From positions 1,255 to 65,254 of the forward strand of contig JAOUIL010000001.1 of NCBI GenBank assembly GCA_029883975.1: a DNA stretch of 64,000 nucleotides. The letters run 5' to 3'. Each line of letters starts with the position of its first letter. Position 1 is the stretch's first letter. The notes under the pieces are model-generated. The model did not search any database, had not been told where the DNA came from, and worked only from the letters and a program-made list of their open reading frames with translations. Positions 20,901 to 32,390 of the stretch are shown here, in pieces. Made by a program: the position numbers and the translations under genes. Source of the stretch: Betaproteobacteria bacterium (lineage in GTDB: Bacteria > Pseudomonadota > Gammaproteobacteria > Burkholderiales > SG8-39).

Positions 20901-21063
20901 GATCGATGATGCGCACGCCGATTTCCGGGTAGATGAGCTGCGGCAGCAGGTCGACCGACAGCCGGCTGAGGGCGAACAGGCCGAGCACGATCGCGGTGAG
21001 CGTCAGCATCACCGTGCTCACGGGGTGGCGGATGCTCCAGCCGGCGACGCCGCCGCGACTCAC
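17929..21063 (-). CDS. RND efflux transporter permease (AcrB/ACR_tran family)
   Basis: 1044 aa with 12-TM RND architecture: two large periplasmic loops, GLALGIGMLVDNTIVMLENI, VVVNNAIVLVEYI. Confidence 0.9.
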   Translation of the reverse strand: MSRGGVAGWSIRHPVSTVMLTLTAIVLGLFALSRLSVDLLPQLIYPEIGVRIIDPAVPANIMEDQVTRQLEEQLAITEDSVGVTSTTLEGTAEVELYFDYGKDIDVALRDASTRLDRAKRFLPATIDPPIIFKRDPSQIPVMEFVVSSDLRGMTELRNWTDDVFAKYFLNLPGVAAVEVGGGLVREVHVLPDQRRLAGLGLSVEAIVQAIERGNVDSPAGRLRMAGQEYTSRTSGRLASVAALGALPIRLPNGESVPLSEIAQVIDTHEDERIRVRYNGVPGVRVAMQKQPTANTVDVADVVQARLAELRARRLVPQDVQVDLVSNQAVYVRQSLDNATLAALAGAALAMLVVYCFLGSVRGTLIIGTAIPISIMITFVIMALGGLSLNLMTLGGLALGIGMLVDNTIVMLENIERHQREGESGLEAAEAAAAEVTSPIIAATSTNLAAVLPFLFISGLVGLLFRELIFTISASIVASLIVAVTLVPALAARGRPPPPSRMTRAVQALVAGAQRLYVPIVGVILKSPWLVVAGAVALLAGFALLFAQLTGKQAFLPIMDDGRVQVQVITDPGNALQEMDRAVQLLERLAQAQGGVEGVSVMSGGSIFGRSQRERPNRATISIQLVPVSQRAMSVEQWVGGYARAVVAQQLAGVKVLARPAGLRGVRLSRADEDVSVRVQGPDLQLLAQIGDRLVERLRGRPGLRNAQHSAEEQRQEFAVRVDRTRAAELGVDVTLVGRALRVALDGIVVSDFIEADRAYDVRVRLPRGAIDSPAAMEAILLFGAQGGRPAVYLGDVARVELVVAPTEIRRESQRRMVEVSAALTGERPLGEVLRNLREDLRGFELPPGYSLYFSGAFDSLVRGNVLVGTLAGLALFLVFVVMAVQYESLRNPAVIMIGVPFALIGVVIGLLATGLPLSMPVWLGIIMLIGVVVNNAIVLVEYIELLRQRGGALVESIVEAARLRLRPILMTTLTTVVGMSPLALGLGEGSEMLRPLAVCMVFGLLFSMLVSLLVVPSIYLLAHRRGTPPAVSRSSQPSGAAAGP

Positions 21064-21064
21064 G

Positions 21065-22120
21065 CTAGCCCTGCCGCTCGCGCGGCGCGACCGGCTTCAC
21101 CTGCTGGCCGGCAGCCAGGCCGAGGAAGCCCTTGACCACCACTTGCGCGCCGCGCTCCAGGCCGTCGCGGATCTCGACGCGATCGGCGAGGCGCAGGCCG
21201 CTCGCGACGCCCGCGCGGCGCACGGTGCCCCGCCCGGACTCGAAGACGTACACGTACTCGCCCTTGGCGTCGCGCTGCAGGGCGGAGAGCGGCACCACGA
21301 GTTGCTCGCTCGCGCCGGTGGAAAGCACCACGCGGCAGAACTGCCCCGCGCGCGCGCCCTTGGGCACCGGCGTGAGCGCCACCTCTACGCGCCCGGTGCG
21401 CGTGGCCGGATCGATCGAGGGATGGATGCGCAGGATTCGTCCCGGGTACAGCGTCTCGCCCAGCGCGTCGATGCGCACCGCGGCGCGCTCGCCGAGCGCC
21501 ACGTACGGCATCACCAGCTCGGAAACGTTGACGTCGGTCACCAGCTGCGACGGGTCGATCACGGTGAGCAGGTGCGTATGCTGCGGCGTGACGTTGCCCG
21601 GCTCGACCAGCCGGCGCGAGACCACGCCGGCGAACGGCGCCGCGAGTGTCATGTGCTGCACGCGCGTGCGCAGCAGGCGCACTTCCGCGCGTGCGATTTC
21701 CAGCGCGGTGGCGGCGCGCGACACCGCGTCCTCGCTGACGAAGCCCTTCTCCTTCAGTTGCCGCGCTCGCTGGTGATCGAGCTCGGCCTGGCCGAGCGTG
21801 GCGCTCGCCTTGTCAAGCTGCGCGCGCAGGATGCGGTCGTCGTAGCGCGCGAGGACGTCGCCCGCCTCCACGCGGTCGCCCTCGCGCACGCGCACCTCGG
21901 TCAGCCGGCCTTCCTCCTGGTTGACGATGCGCACTTCGCGCAGCGCGCGCAGGCTGCCCGCGCGGTCCGCGGTGTAGGACAGGCGCCCGGGCTCGGCCAC
22001 CGCCAGCTCGACGAGGTGCGCGCGCGGCGCGGGCGGGGCGGGCTTGCTGTTCGACTCCGCGCCGCAGCCGGCGAGCATCGCGAGCGCCGCCGCGAGCAGG
22101 CCGAAGAGCTTGATTGACAT
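21065..22120 (-). CDS. RND efflux periplasmic adaptor (MFP) lipoprotein
   Basis: Lipobox LAGC, then a biotinyl-lipoyl-like hairpin ([22 protein letters not shown]), a coiled coil and a beta-barrel. One nt separates it from the RND gene. Confidence 0.85.
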   Translation of the reverse strand: MSIKLFGLLAAALAMLAGCGAESNSKPAPPAPRAHLVELAVAEPGRLSYTADRAGSLRALREVRIVNQEEGRLTEVRVREGDRVEAGDVLARYDDRILRAQLDKASATLGQAELDHQRARQLKEKGFVSEDAVSRAATALEIARAEVRLLRTRVQHMTLAAPFAGVVSRRLVEPGNVTPQHTHLLTVIDPSQLVTDVNVSELVMPYVALGERAAVRIDALGETLYPGRILRIHPSIDPATRTGRVEVALTPVPKGARAGQFCRVVLSTGASEQLVVPLSALQRDAKGEYVYVFESGRGTVRRAGVASGLRLADRVEIRDGLERGAQVVVKGFLGLAAGQQVKPVAPRERQG

Positions 22121-23042
22121 GGTAAAATTCTACGCTTTCCGCATCGACCGCGCCGTGTCCGCCCACGCCCTTCCCGCCGGCCTCCTGCAGCGCGCCCGCG
22201 CGTTCTACGCGCTCACCAAGCCGCGCGTCGTGTCGCTGATCGTGTTCACCGCCGTGATCGGCATGTTCCTCGCGACGCCGGGGATGGTCGAGCCGCGCGT
22301 GCTGCTCGCGGGCACGCTCGGCATCGCGCTGGTCGCCGGCGCGGCCGCCGCGGTCAATTGCCTGGTGGAGCAGAACGTGGACGCGCTCATGCTGCGCACG
22401 CGCTGGCGGCCGCTGCCGAGCGGCGAGCTGACAACCCTGCAAACCCTGGTGTTCGCAGGCGTGGTCGGCGGCGCGGGGCTGTGGCTGCTGCACCAGCAGG
22501 TGAACGCCCTCACCATGTGGCTGACGCTCGCCACCTTCGTCGGCTACGCGATCGTCTACACGGTGATCCTCAAGCCGCTCACGCCGCAGAACATCGTCAT
22601 CGGCGGCGCCTCCGGCGCGATGCCGCCGGTGCTCGGCTGGGCGGCGGTGACGGGCGAGGTCACCACCGAGGCCATGGTGCTCTTTCTCATCATCTTCGCC
22701 TGGACGCCGCCGCATTTCTGGGCGCTGGCGCTGTACCGCACCGAGGACTACGCGCGCGCGGGCCTGCCCATGCTGCCGGTGACGCACGGCGCGCGCTACA
22801 CCCGCCTGCAGGTGCTGCTGTACACGCTGATCCTGTTCGGCGTGTCGCTGCTGCCGTTCGCCATCCGCATGAGCGGCTGGCTCTACCTGGCCGCCGCGCT
22901 TGCGCTGGGCGGCGCGTTCATCGCGTACGCGCTGCGCGTGTACCTCGCCTACACGGATGCGCTGGCGCGCAGGACCTTCCGCTTCTCCATCACGTATCTT
23001 GCCCTGCTCTTTGCCGCGCTTCTGGCCGATCATTATCTGTAG
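22119..23042 (+). CDS. ctaB: Protoheme IX farnesyltransferase (heme O synthase)
   Basis: ATG 22119. [19 protein letters not shown]...[23 protein letters not shown]...PPHFWALAL are UbiA-family motifs. Confidence 0.9.
   Translation: MVKFYAFRIDRAVSAHALPAGLLQRARAFYALTKPRVVSLIVFTAVIGMFLATPGMVEPRVLLAGTLGIALVAGAAAAVNCLVEQNVDALMLRTRWRPLPSGELTTLQTLVFAGVVGGAGLWLLHQQVNALTMWLTLATFVGYAIVYTVILKPLTPQNIVIGGASGAMPPVLGWAAVTGEVTTEAMVLFLIIFAWTPPHFWALALYRTEDYARAGLPMLPVTHGARYTRLQVLLYTLILFGVSLLPFAIRMSGWLYLAAALALGGAFIAYALRVYLAYTDALARRTFRFSITYLALLFAALLADHYL
22127..22132 (-). promoter_or_regulatory. -10-like TAGAAT (minus strand), 6 nt before the MFP ATG, lying inside ctaB codons 3-5
   Basis: The minus strand reads TAGAAT-tttacc-ATG(22120). 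Confidence 0.4.
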
Positions 23043-23586
23043 CCTCCTGCTCGCCGCTTGCGACGCGGGGGGGCCGCAGTTCAAGAGCACCGACATCACG
23101 GGCGTCGACTACGGCCGCGCGCTCGAGCTGACCGACCACCACGGCAAGCCGCGGCGACTGGAAGAATTCCGCGGCAAGGCGGTGGTGCTGTTCTTCGGCT
23201 TCACGCACTGCCCGGACGTCTGCCCGACGACGCTGGCCGACATGGCGCAGGCCATGCGGCAGCTGGGCGCGGACGCGGACCGCGTGCAGGTGCTGTTCGT
23301 CACCTTGGACCCCGAGCGCGACACGCAGGAGGTGCTCGCGCAGTACGTGACGGCCTTCGACCCGCGCTTCCTGGGCCTGCGCGGCGACCTGGAAGCGACA
23401 CGGACGGTGGCGAAGGAATTCAAGGTGTACTTCGAGAAGCGCCCGGGCGCCGCGCCCGGCGCGTACACGGTGGACCACAGCGCGCAGACCTACGTCCTCG
23501 ACCCGCAAGGGCGCTTGCGCCTGTTCGTGCGGCACGGGCGCATCGTCGAGGACCTCGCGCCGGATCTGCGCGTACTGCTGCACTAG
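23011..23586 (+). CDS. SCO1/SenC copper chaperone lipoprotein
   Basis: TTG 23011 gives a lipobox signal (..[11 protein letters not shown]). [14 protein letters not shown] is the CxxxC copper site, followed by DHS. The start is uncertain and overlaps the ctaB end. Confidence 0.8.
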   Translation: MPRFWPIIICSLLLAACDAGGPQFKSTDITGVDYGRALELTDHHGKPRRLEEFRGKAVVLFFGFTHCPDVCPTTLADMAQAMRQLGADADRVQVLFVTLDPERDTQEVLAQYVTAFDPRFLGLRGDLEATRTVAKEFKVYFEKRPGAAPGAYTVDHSAQTYVLDPQGRLRLFVRHGRIVEDLAPDLRVLLH

Positions 23587-23596
23587 GCGGCGCACC

Positions 23597-24493
23597 GTGG
23601 AGTTCAAGGACTACTACCAGACGCTCGGCGTGCCCCGCGAGGCGTCGGCGGACGACATCCGCAAGGCCTTCCGCAGGCTGGCGCGCAAGTACCACCCCGA
23701 CGTCAGCAAGGAGGCCGACGCGGAGGCGCGCATGAAGGAGGTGAACGAGGCCTACGCCGTGCTCTCCGATGCGGAGAAGCGCGCCGCATACGACCAGCTC
23801 GGGCGCGGCTACCGGCCGGGCGAGGAGTTCCGCCCGCCGCCGGACTGGGATGCGGGCTTCGAGTTCTCGCATCACGACTTCCAGGGGGCGGACTACAGCG
23901 ATTTCTTCGCCGAGCTGTTCGGGCGCATGGGCACGCGCGCCCACGGCGAGGACCACTATGCCAAGGTGCTGCTCGACGTCGAGGACGCATTCCTCGGCGC
24001 GACGCGCCAGATCGCGCTGCGCGCGCCGAAGGTGGACGCGCGCGGGCGCGTCGCGCTCGAGACGCGCACGCTGAACGTGAAGATCCCGGCAGGGGTGCGC
24101 GAGGGGCAGCTCATCCGCCTGGCCGGGCAGGGCGCCGCGGGCGCGGGCAAGCCGGGCGATCTGCTGCTCGAGGTGCACTTCAAGCCGCATGCGCGCTACC
24201 GCGTGCAGGGGCGTGACCTGCACGTCGACCTGCCGGTCGCACCGTGGGAGGCGGCGCTCGGCGCGGTGCTGCGCGTGCCGGTGCCGGGCGGCGCGCTGAA
24301 CGTGCGCATTCCGGCCGGAGCGCAGAGCGGACGCGTGCTGCGCGTGCGCGGCAAGGGCATCCCGGCCGAGCCGCCGGGGGACCTGCTGCTCGCCATCCGC
24401 GTGGTCGTGCCGCCCGCCGATTCCGCGCAGGCGCGCGCGCTCTACGAGCAGATGGCGCGGGACATGGCGTTCGATCCGAGGGCCGGCGCGTGA
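23597..24493 (+). CDS. cbpA: Curved-DNA-binding DnaJ-like co-chaperone CbpA
   Basis: J domain KDYYQTLGV...KAFRRLARKYHPDV with no Zn-finger region; C-terminal DnaJ_C repeats. Confidence 0.85.
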   Translation: MEFKDYYQTLGVPREASADDIRKAFRRLARKYHPDVSKEADAEARMKEVNEAYAVLSDAEKRAAYDQLGRGYRPGEEFRPPPDWDAGFEFSHHDFQGADYSDFFAELFGRMGTRAHGEDHYAKVLLDVEDAFLGATRQIALRAPKVDARGRVALETRTLNVKIPAGVREGQLIRLAGQGAAGAGKPGDLLLEVHFKPHARYRVQGRDLHVDLPVAPWEAALGAVLRVPVPGGALNVRIPAGAQSGRVLRVRGKGIPAEPPGDLLLAIRVVVPPADSAQARALYEQMARDMAFDPRAGA

Positions 24494-24729
24494 GCGACGA
24501 CGAGCTGATCACGCTCGAGGAGTTGACCGTCGTCTGCGCGGTCAGCGCCGAGTGGGTGCGCGAGCGCGTCGCGGAGGGCCTGCTGCCGGAGCGGTTCGAC
24601 ACCCTCGCCGTGCGCCGCGTGCGGCGCATGCGGTCGCTGGAGCGCGATTTCGACGCGGCGCCGGAGCTCGCCGCGCTGGTGGCGGACCTGCTGGAAGAGC
24701 TCGACGCGCTGCGCGCGCACCTGCGCTAG
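24490..24729 (+). CDS. cbpM: Chaperone-modulator CbpM-like (MerR-like fold)
   Basis: The GTG overlaps the cbpA stop (GTGA). 79 aa. Position and size are typical for cbpM. Confidence 0.65.
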   Translation: MSDDELITLEELTVVCAVSAEWVRERVAEGLLPERFDTLAVRRVRRMRSLERDFDAAPELAALVADLLEELDALRAHLR

Positions 24730-25619
24730 GCGGCCTCGGGCGCGGGCAACGCGCGGCGCGCTTGCGGCGCCTGCAGGGCCTTCTTCATCTTCAGCATCGC
24801 CTTCGCCTCGATCTGGCGGATGCGCTCGGCCGAGACGCCGAATTCCGCGGCCAGGTCGTGCAGCGTGGCGCAATCCTTCTCCCGCAGCCAGCGCGCCTCG
24901 ACGATGCGGCGGCTGCGCGGATCGAGCGCGGCGAGCGCGCGGGCGATGCTCTCGGTGCGCAGACTCTCGCCTTCGGCGGCCTCGAGCTGCTCCGAGGGCT
25001 CGGCGCCCGGGTCGGCGAGGTAGTGCACCGGGGCGTAGCTGTCCTCGTCGTCGTCGCCCTCGAACGCCACCTCGCGGCCGGCGAGCCGCGTCTCCATCTC
25101 GACCACTTCCTCGGGCTTGACGTTGAGCGCCTGCGCCACGTCGCGCACCTGCGCCGCGCTGAGCGGCGCAAGGCCCTTCTTCAGCGAGCGCAGATTGAAG
25201 AACAGCTTGCGCTGCGCCTTGGTCGTGGCCACCTTCACCAGACGCCAGTTGCGCAGGATGTACTCGTGCATTTCCGCCCGCACCCAGTGGATGGCGAAGG
25301 ACACCAGGCGCACGCCGCGCGCGGGGTCGAAGCGCTTCACGGCCTTCATCAGGCCGATGTTGCCTTCCTGGATGAGGTCGGCATGCGGCAGGCCGTAGCC
25401 GAGGTAGCCGCGGGCGACCGCGACCACGAGCCGCAGGTGCGACAGCACCAGCTGGCGCGCGGCCTCCACGTCGCCGTCCTGCCGGTAGCGGCGCGCGTAG
25501 TCCACCTCCTGCTCCGCCGTCAGCATCGGGAACCGGTTGACGGTCTGGATGTAGGACTCGAGGCTTCCCGCGGCCATGGGCAGGGCCATCGGCATCGGCA
25601 GGCTGGACAGCGCTTGCAT
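24726..25619 (-). CDS. rpoH: RNA polymerase sigma-32 factor RpoH
   Basis: ATG 25619 is preceded by AAGGAGG. Contains the RpoH box QRKLFFNLR, region 2 DLIQEGNIGLMKAVKRFD and a region 4 HTH. Confidence 0.95.
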   Translation of the reverse strand: MQALSSLPMPMALPMAAGSLESYIQTVNRFPMLTAEQEVDYARRYRQDGDVEAARQLVLSHLRLVVAVARGYLGYGLPHADLIQEGNIGLMKAVKRFDPARGVRLVSFAIHWVRAEMHEYILRNWRLVKVATTKAQRKLFFNLRSLKKGLAPLSAAQVRDVAQALNVKPEEVVEMETRLAGREVAFEGDDDEDSYAPVHYLADPGAEPSEQLEAAEGESLRTESIARALAALDPRSRRIVEARWLREKDCATLHDLAAEFGVSAERIRQIEAKAMLKMKKALQAPQARRALPAPEAA

Positions 25620-25642
25620 CGTATGACCTCCTTGAAACGATA

Positions 25643-25669
25643 TTAGCACTCCGGATTTTAGAGTGCTAA
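25643..25669 (-). promoter_or_regulatory. CIRCE element (HrcA operator), perfect consensus, in the rpoH leader
   Basis: TTAGCACTC-N9-GAGTGCTAA matches the published CIRCE consensus on all 18 arm positions. It ends 23 nt upstream of the rpoH ATG, between the AT-rich promoter region and the SD. Confidence 0.85.
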
Positions 25670-25723
25670 CCCCGCCACTGGTTCCCGCCACGCTAATCCC
25701 TAAAACCCTACGGAATATAGCTA

Positions 25724-26608
25724 TTAACGTAAGTGTCTACTTACAGACATCGCGCTCCCGAGCCAGCCCAGGAACCCCGAGAAGCCGACGACGGAGAGCG
25801 CGTCGTCCCATGGGAGAAAGGGCAGGCTGAAGCTCGAGCCGTAGGTCTGCGCGAGCTCGCGCACGCCGACGTTGAGCACCGCGAGCGCACCGGCGAGGAT
25901 CGCCAGGCCGAGCGCCCCGCCGGCCAGGCCTTGCAGGAAGCCGAGGTACAGGAGCGGGCGGCGCACGAAGCCGTCGCTGGCGCCCAGCAGGCGCGACACC
26001 TCGATCTCCTCGCGCTGGGTGAGGATCTGCAGGCGGATCGTGTTGAACGTGACGGCGACCAGGCCGGTGGCGAGCAGCACCGCGAGCGCGCCGAGCGCGA
26101 GGCGCCCGGTACGCACCAGGGCGGCCAGGCGCTGTGCCCAGGCCGAGTCCACCTGAACGCGCGCGACGCCCGGCAGCGCGCGCAAGGCCTCGGCCAGCGC
26201 CTCGAGCGCCGCCGGCGCGGCATCGGCGCTGCGCACGACGAACGCATCAGGCAGCGGATTGCGCTCCAGCTGCGCGACGACGTCGGCGAGCTCCTCGGTG
26301 ACACGCAGCTCGGCGAGCGCCTCGTCGCGCGAGACGAAGCGCAACCCGGCCACGCGCGGGTCGCGCCGCATGCGCGCCTCGAGGTCCGCCTGCGCCGCGC
26401 CGGCCTTGAGGAACACGGATACCTGGGGCTCATAGCTCACCCGCTGCGCCACGCCCTGCAGGCCGCTGAGCAGCAGGTAGCCGCCGGCAGGCAGTGACAG
26501 CGCGACACCGATGACCAGCGCGTTGAGCAGCGTCGCCATGCGCTGCGCGCCGAGGCGCCCGAGCGCGCGCGCCAGCGCCTCGCGGTGCTGGCGTAGCCAG
26601 GTCCTCAT
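25724..26608 (-). CDS. ftsX: Cell division ABC transporter permease FtsX
   Basis: 294 aa, 4 TM with a periplasmic domain between TM1 and TM2. Overlaps ftsE by 4 nt. Confidence 0.9.
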   Translation of the reverse strand: MRTWLRQHREALARALGRLGAQRMATLLNALVIGVALSLPAGGYLLLSGLQGVAQRVSYEPQVSVFLKAGAAQADLEARMRRDPRVAGLRFVSRDEALAELRVTEELADVVAQLERNPLPDAFVVRSADAAPAALEALAEALRALPGVARVQVDSAWAQRLAALVRTGRLALGALAVLLATGLVAVTFNTIRLQILTQREEIEVSRLLGASDGFVRRPLLYLGFLQGLAGGALGLAILAGALAVLNVGVRELAQTYGSSFSLPFLPWDDALSVVGFSGFLGWLGSAMSVSRHLR

Positions 26609-27261
26609 GCGCCGGCCAGCCTGCCGGCGGCAAGCTGCAGCACGCGCCGGCCGTGGCGCGCCACCAGCGCCTGGTCGTGGGTGGCGACGACCAGCGTGAC
26701 GCCCACCTGGTGGAACGACAGCAGGATGTCGACGATGCGCCAGGCCGAGTCCTCGTCGAGGTTCGCGGTGGGCTCGTCGGCGACCAGCACGGCGGGCCGG
26801 TTGACCACCGCGCGCGCGATCGCCAGCCGCTGCTGCTCGCCGCCCGAGAGCTGGATCGGGTTGGCGCGCTCGCGCTCGAGCAGCCCGACCTTGTCGAGCG
26901 CGGCGCGCGTGCGTCGCGCCGCGTCGCGCGGCGCGAGCGTGCCGAACGAGAGCGGCAGCATGACGTTGTCGAACACCGAGCGGTCGTAGAGCAGCTTGTG
27001 ATCCTGGAACACCAGGCCGAGGTTGCGCCGCAGATAGGGAATCGCGCCGCGCTTGAGCGCGCCGACGTTCTGCCCGTTGACCACCACGCTGCCCGCGGTG
27101 GGCCGCTCGATGGCCGGAATGAGCTTGAGCAGCGTCGACTTGCCGGCGCCGGAGGGGCCGGTGACGAACACCAGCTCGCCCGCCTCGATGGTGAAGCTCA
27201 CGCCGCGCAGCGCTTCCAGCCCGCCCGGGTAGCGCTTGGAGACCGCGGAGAAGCTAATCAA
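26605..27261 (-). CDS. ftsE: Cell division ATP-binding protein FtsE
   Basis: TTG start. Walker [10 protein letters not shown], signature [14 protein letters not shown], Walker B VLVADEPT. Confidence 0.92.
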   Translation of the reverse strand: MISFSAVSKRYPGGLEALRGVSFTIEAGELVFVTGPSGAGKSTLLKLIPAIERPTAGSVVVNGQNVGALKRGAIPYLRRNLGLVFQDHKLLYDRSVFDNVMLPLSFGTLAPRDAARRTRAALDKVGLLERERANPIQLSGGEQQRLAIARAVVNRPAVLVADEPTANLDEDSAWRIVDILLSFHQVGVTLVVATHDQALVARHGRRVLQLAAGRLAGA

Positions 27262-28171
27262 CCAGGGCCCCGGCGAATTCGGCGGCGTCGAACGGCCGCA
27301 GGTCGTCGATGCCTTCGCCCACGCCGATGAACAGCAGCGGTACCGGCCGCTCGCGCGCGATCGCGCACACCACGCCGCCCCTGGCCGTGCCGTCGAGCTT
27401 GGTGAGCACCAGGCCGGTGAGCCCCAGCGCCTCGTCGAAGGCCCTGACCTGCGCGAGGCCGTTCTGCCCGGTATTGGCGTCGAGCACCAGCAGGATCTCG
27501 TGCGGCGCGCCGGGCAGCGCCTTGCCGAGCACGCGCTTCACCTTCCTGATCTCCTCCATCAGGTGCAGCTGGGTGGGGAGCCGCCCCGCGGTGTCGGCGA
27601 TCAGCACGTCGATGCCGCGCGCGCGCGCCGCGGCGGCCGCGTCGAACACCACCGCCGCCGCGTCGCCGCCCTTTTGCGCGATCACCGCCACGCCGTTCCT
27701 CTCGCCCCAGGCGACGAGCTGCTCGCGCGCCGCCGCGCGAAAGGTGTCGCCGGCCGCGAGCAGCACGCTGCGGCCCTGCCCCTGCAGCCACTTGGCGAGC
27801 TTGCCGATCGAGGTGGTCTTGCCCGAGCCGTTGACGCCGGCGATCATGATGACCAGGGGCCTGTCGCGCGTCAGATCGAGCGGCTTCTCGAGCGGTGCGA
27901 GCAGCAGCCGCAGCTCCTCCCGCAGGGCGCGCTTGAGCGCCGGCGGCTCGACGATGCGCTCGCGCCGCGCGCGCTCACGCAGGCGCGCGAGCAGCGTGCG
28001 CGTCGCCTCGACGCCGCAATCCGCGGTGAGCAGCGCCGCTTCGAGCTCCTCGTAGAGCGGCTCGTCGACGGCTGCGCCGCCGAACAGCGCGCCGAGCCCG
28101 CCGCCCAGCGCGGCGCGCGTGCGCGCCAGACCGGATCTCAGGCGCGCCGCCCACGAGGTCGCTGCTAACAT
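27254..28171 (-). CDS. ftsY: Signal recognition particle receptor FtsY (short form, NG domain only)
   Basis: ATG 28171. GVNGSGKTTSIGKLA, DTAGRL, TKLDGTARGG. The upstream part of track ORF 27254..28717 runs antisense through rsmD and is rejected. Confidence 0.9.
   Translation of the reverse strand: MLAATSWAARLRSGLARTRAALGGGLGALFGGAAVDEPLYEELEAALLTADCGVEATRTLLARLRERARRERIVEPPALKRALREELRLLLAPLEKPLDLTRDRPLVIMIAGVNGSGKTTSIGKLAKWLQGQGRSVLLAAGDTFRAAAREQLVAWGERNGVAVIAQKGGDAAAVVFDAAAAARARGIDVLIADTAGRLPTQLHLMEEIRKVKRVLGKALPGAPHEILLVLDANTGQNGLAQVRAFDEALGLTGLVLTKLDGTARGGVVCAIARERPVPLLFIGVGEGIDDLRPFDAAEFAGALVD
28166..28171 (+). promoter_or_regulatory. -10-like TAACAT, 6 nt before the rsmD GTG (overlaps the ftsY start codon)
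   Basis: TAACAT-ggcgcg-GTG(28178). Confidence 0.35.
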
Positions 28172-28177
28172 GGCGCG

Positions 28178-30044
<1,867 letters not shown>

Positions 30045-30080
30045 GGGGCTTGGTTGCTTGTGCGGGGCACCAAATATACC

Positions 30081-30086
30081 TACACT
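30081..30086 (+). promoter_or_regulatory. -10-like TACACT, 8 nt before the TPR-lipoprotein ATG
   Basis: TACACT-gccccgcc-ATG(30095). No SD. Confidence 0.3.
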
Positions 30087-30094
30087 GCCCCGCC

Positions 30095-31822
30095 ATGTCC
30101 GCGCTGTCGCGTCTGCTCGCATTGCTTGCCGCGCTGCTGCTCGTCGCCTGCACGTCGCTCGCGCAGCGCGACGAGGCGACGCCGGACGCGGAGGCGGCGG
30201 AGCCGGAAAGCGCGCCGCCCGCGGAAACGCTGCCGGAGCAGGAGCTCACCGAGCCGGTGCTGTACGAGATGCTGCTCGGCGAGATCGCGCTGCAGCGCGG
30301 CGACGCGGCGCTGGCGGCGCAGACCTTTGCCGAGCTCGCGCAGCGCACGCGCGATCCGCGCGTCGCGCGGCGCGCCGTAGAGATCGCCAACATCGCGCGC
30401 ACGCCGCAGTTCGCGCTGCAGGCGGCGCTCGTCTGGCACGAGGCCGATCCCGCCTCGGTGCAGGCGCTGCAGACCGTCGCCGCGCTGCTGGTGCGCGAGC
30501 GCCGCGTGGAGGAGGCCGAGCCCTATCTCGCCAAGCTGCTCGCGCGCGACGGCGACGCCGCGGCCAACGGCTTCATGCAGCTCGGGCGCCTGCTGGCCGG
30601 CAATCCCGACAAGCAGACCAACCTGCGCATGGTGCGCACGCTTGCCGAGCGCCATCCCGACCTGCCGCAGGCGCGGCTCGCGGTCGCGCAGGCGGCGCTG
30701 GCGGCCAACGACGAGACGACGGCCCTGGCAGAGACGCGGCGCGCGGCGGCCATGCGCCCCGGATGGGAGCCGGCGGCGATCTACGAGGCGCAGATCCTGC
30801 AGCGCCGCTCGAGCGCGGAGGCGGCGCGGTCGCTCAACGCGTTCCTCGAGCAGCATCCGCAGTCGCGCGAGGCGCGGCTCGCCTACGCGCGCCTGCTGGT
30901 GGCGGACCGGCGCTACGCGGAGGCGCGCGTCGAGTTCGAGAAGCTGCTCGCCGCGCATCCTGGCGACGCGGACGTGCTGTACGCGGTCAGCCTGCTGGCG
31001 ATGCAGCTCAAGGACTACGCCACGGCCGAAGCGAGCCTGCGCAAGCTGCTCGATGCCGGCTATCGCGATCCCGACAGCCTGCGCTTCATGCTCGGGCAGG
31101 CGGCCGAGGAGCAGAAGAAGTGGGACCAGGCGGTGCGCTGGTACGAAAGCATCGAGCGCGGCGACCAGGCGCTGGCCGCGCGCCTGCGCGTCGCCGGCGT
31201 GCTCGGCAAGCAGGGCAAGCTCGACGAGGCGCGCGCCTACCTGCGCACGCTGGAGGCGGACGGCGCCGAGCGCGTGCAGGTGCTGATCGCCGAAGCGCAG
31301 CTGCTGCGCGACGCCGACAGGCACCGCGAGGCCTACGAGCTGCTCGGCAAGGCGCTCAAGGCGCAGCCCGAGCAGCCCGAGCTGCTCTACGACTACGCGC
31401 TCACCGCGGAGAAGCTCGAGCGCTACGACGTGCTCGAGTCGAGCCTGCGCAGACTCATCAAGCTCAAGCCCGACTACGCGCATGCCTACAACGCGCTGGG
31501 CTACTCGCTCGCCGACCGCAACCAGCGCCTGCCCGAGGCGCGCAAGCTGATCGAGCGCGCGCTCGAGCTCTCGCCCGAGGACTACTACATCATCGACAGC
31601 ATGGGATGGGTGCTCTACCGCATGGGCGACCTGAAGGGGGCCGAGCAGTACCTGCGTCGCGCGTACGACGGGCGCCCCGATGCCGAGATCAGCGCGCACC
31701 TGGGCGAGGTGCTGTGGGCGATGGGCGAGCGCGTCGAGGCCGAGCGCGTCTGGCAGGAGGCGCTGAAGAGCCATCCCGAGAACGAGCTCCTGCACAAGAC
31801 CATGAAGCGCTTGCGCCGCTAG
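30095..31822 (+). CDS. TPR-repeat lipoprotein (conserved partner upstream of lolB)
   Basis: ATG 30095, lipobox LLVAC, then multiple TPR repeats along 575 aa. Confidence 0.8.
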   Translation: MSALSRLLALLAALLLVACTSLAQRDEATPDAEAAEPESAPPAETLPEQELTEPVLYEMLLGEIALQRGDAALAAQTFAELAQRTRDPRVARRAVEIANIARTPQFALQAALVWHEADPASVQALQTVAALLVRERRVEEAEPYLAKLLARDGDAAANGFMQLGRLLAGNPDKQTNLRMVRTLAERHPDLPQARLAVAQAALAANDETTALAETRRAAAMRPGWEPAAIYEAQILQRRSSAEAARSLNAFLEQHPQSREARLAYARLLVADRRYAEARVEFEKLLAAHPGDADVLYAVSLLAMQLKDYATAEASLRKLLDAGYRDPDSLRFMLGQAAEEQKKWDQAVRWYESIERGDQALAARLRVAGVLGKQGKLDEARAYLRTLEADGAERVQVLIAEAQLLRDADRHREAYELLGKALKAQPEQPELLYDYALTAEKLERYDVLESSLRRLIKLKPDYAHAYNALGYSLADRNQRLPEARKLIERALELSPEDYYIIDSMGWVLYRMGDLKGAEQYLRRAYDGRPDAEISAHLGEVLWAMGERVEAERVWQEALKSHPENELLHKTMKRLRR

Positions 31823-31847
31823 CGCCGCGCGAGCGCCCGAGTCCCGC

Positions 31848-32390
31848 GTGAACACCCTGCTGCGCGCCCTGGCCCTGGCGGCGGCGCTCGCCGCGGCCGG
31901 CTGCGCCGAGCTCGCCGAGCGCGCGCCCGGCGAGCGCGTCGAGTTCGAGTTCACCGCGCGCTTTGCCGCGCGCTACGGCGGCGAGGCGGCTTCTGGGCAG
32001 CTCGCCTGGCGCCACGACGCCGCGCGCGACGAAGTGCTGATCAGCTCGCCCTTCGGGCAGGGACTGGCGCGCGTCACCCGGCAGGCGGGGCACGCCACGC
32101 TGGTCATGGCCGACGACCGGCGCTACAGCGCGGCCGACGCGGAGACGCTGACCGAGGAGGTGCTCGGCTTCCGCCTGCCGCTCAGGGGATTGGCCGACTG
32201 GGTGCGGGCGCGTCCGTCGGCCGACGCGCCGGCGCGCATCGAGCGCGGGCCGGACGGCCAGCTGGCACTGCTCGAGCAGCAGGGCTGGCGCGTCGAGTAC
32301 CAGGCGTTCGACGGCGGCGGGCGCCCGGAGCGCATGCGCCTGCACTACCCGGGACTCGAGCTGAGGCTGGCGATCTCCCAGTGGAAATGA
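31848..32390 (+). CDS. lolB: Outer-membrane lipoprotein receptor LolB
   Basis: GTG start and lipobox LAAAGC. Size (180 aa) and position before ispE are typical. ...GQLAWRH...ISSPFGQ. Confidence 0.8.
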   Translation: MNTLLRALALAAALAAAGCAELAERAPGERVEFEFTARFAARYGGEAASGQLAWRHDAARDEVLISSPFGQGLARVTRQAGHATLVMADDRRYSAADAETLTEEVLGFRLPLRGLADWVRARPSADAPARIERGPDGQLALLEQQGWRVEYQAFDGGGRPERMRLHYPGLELRLAISQWK

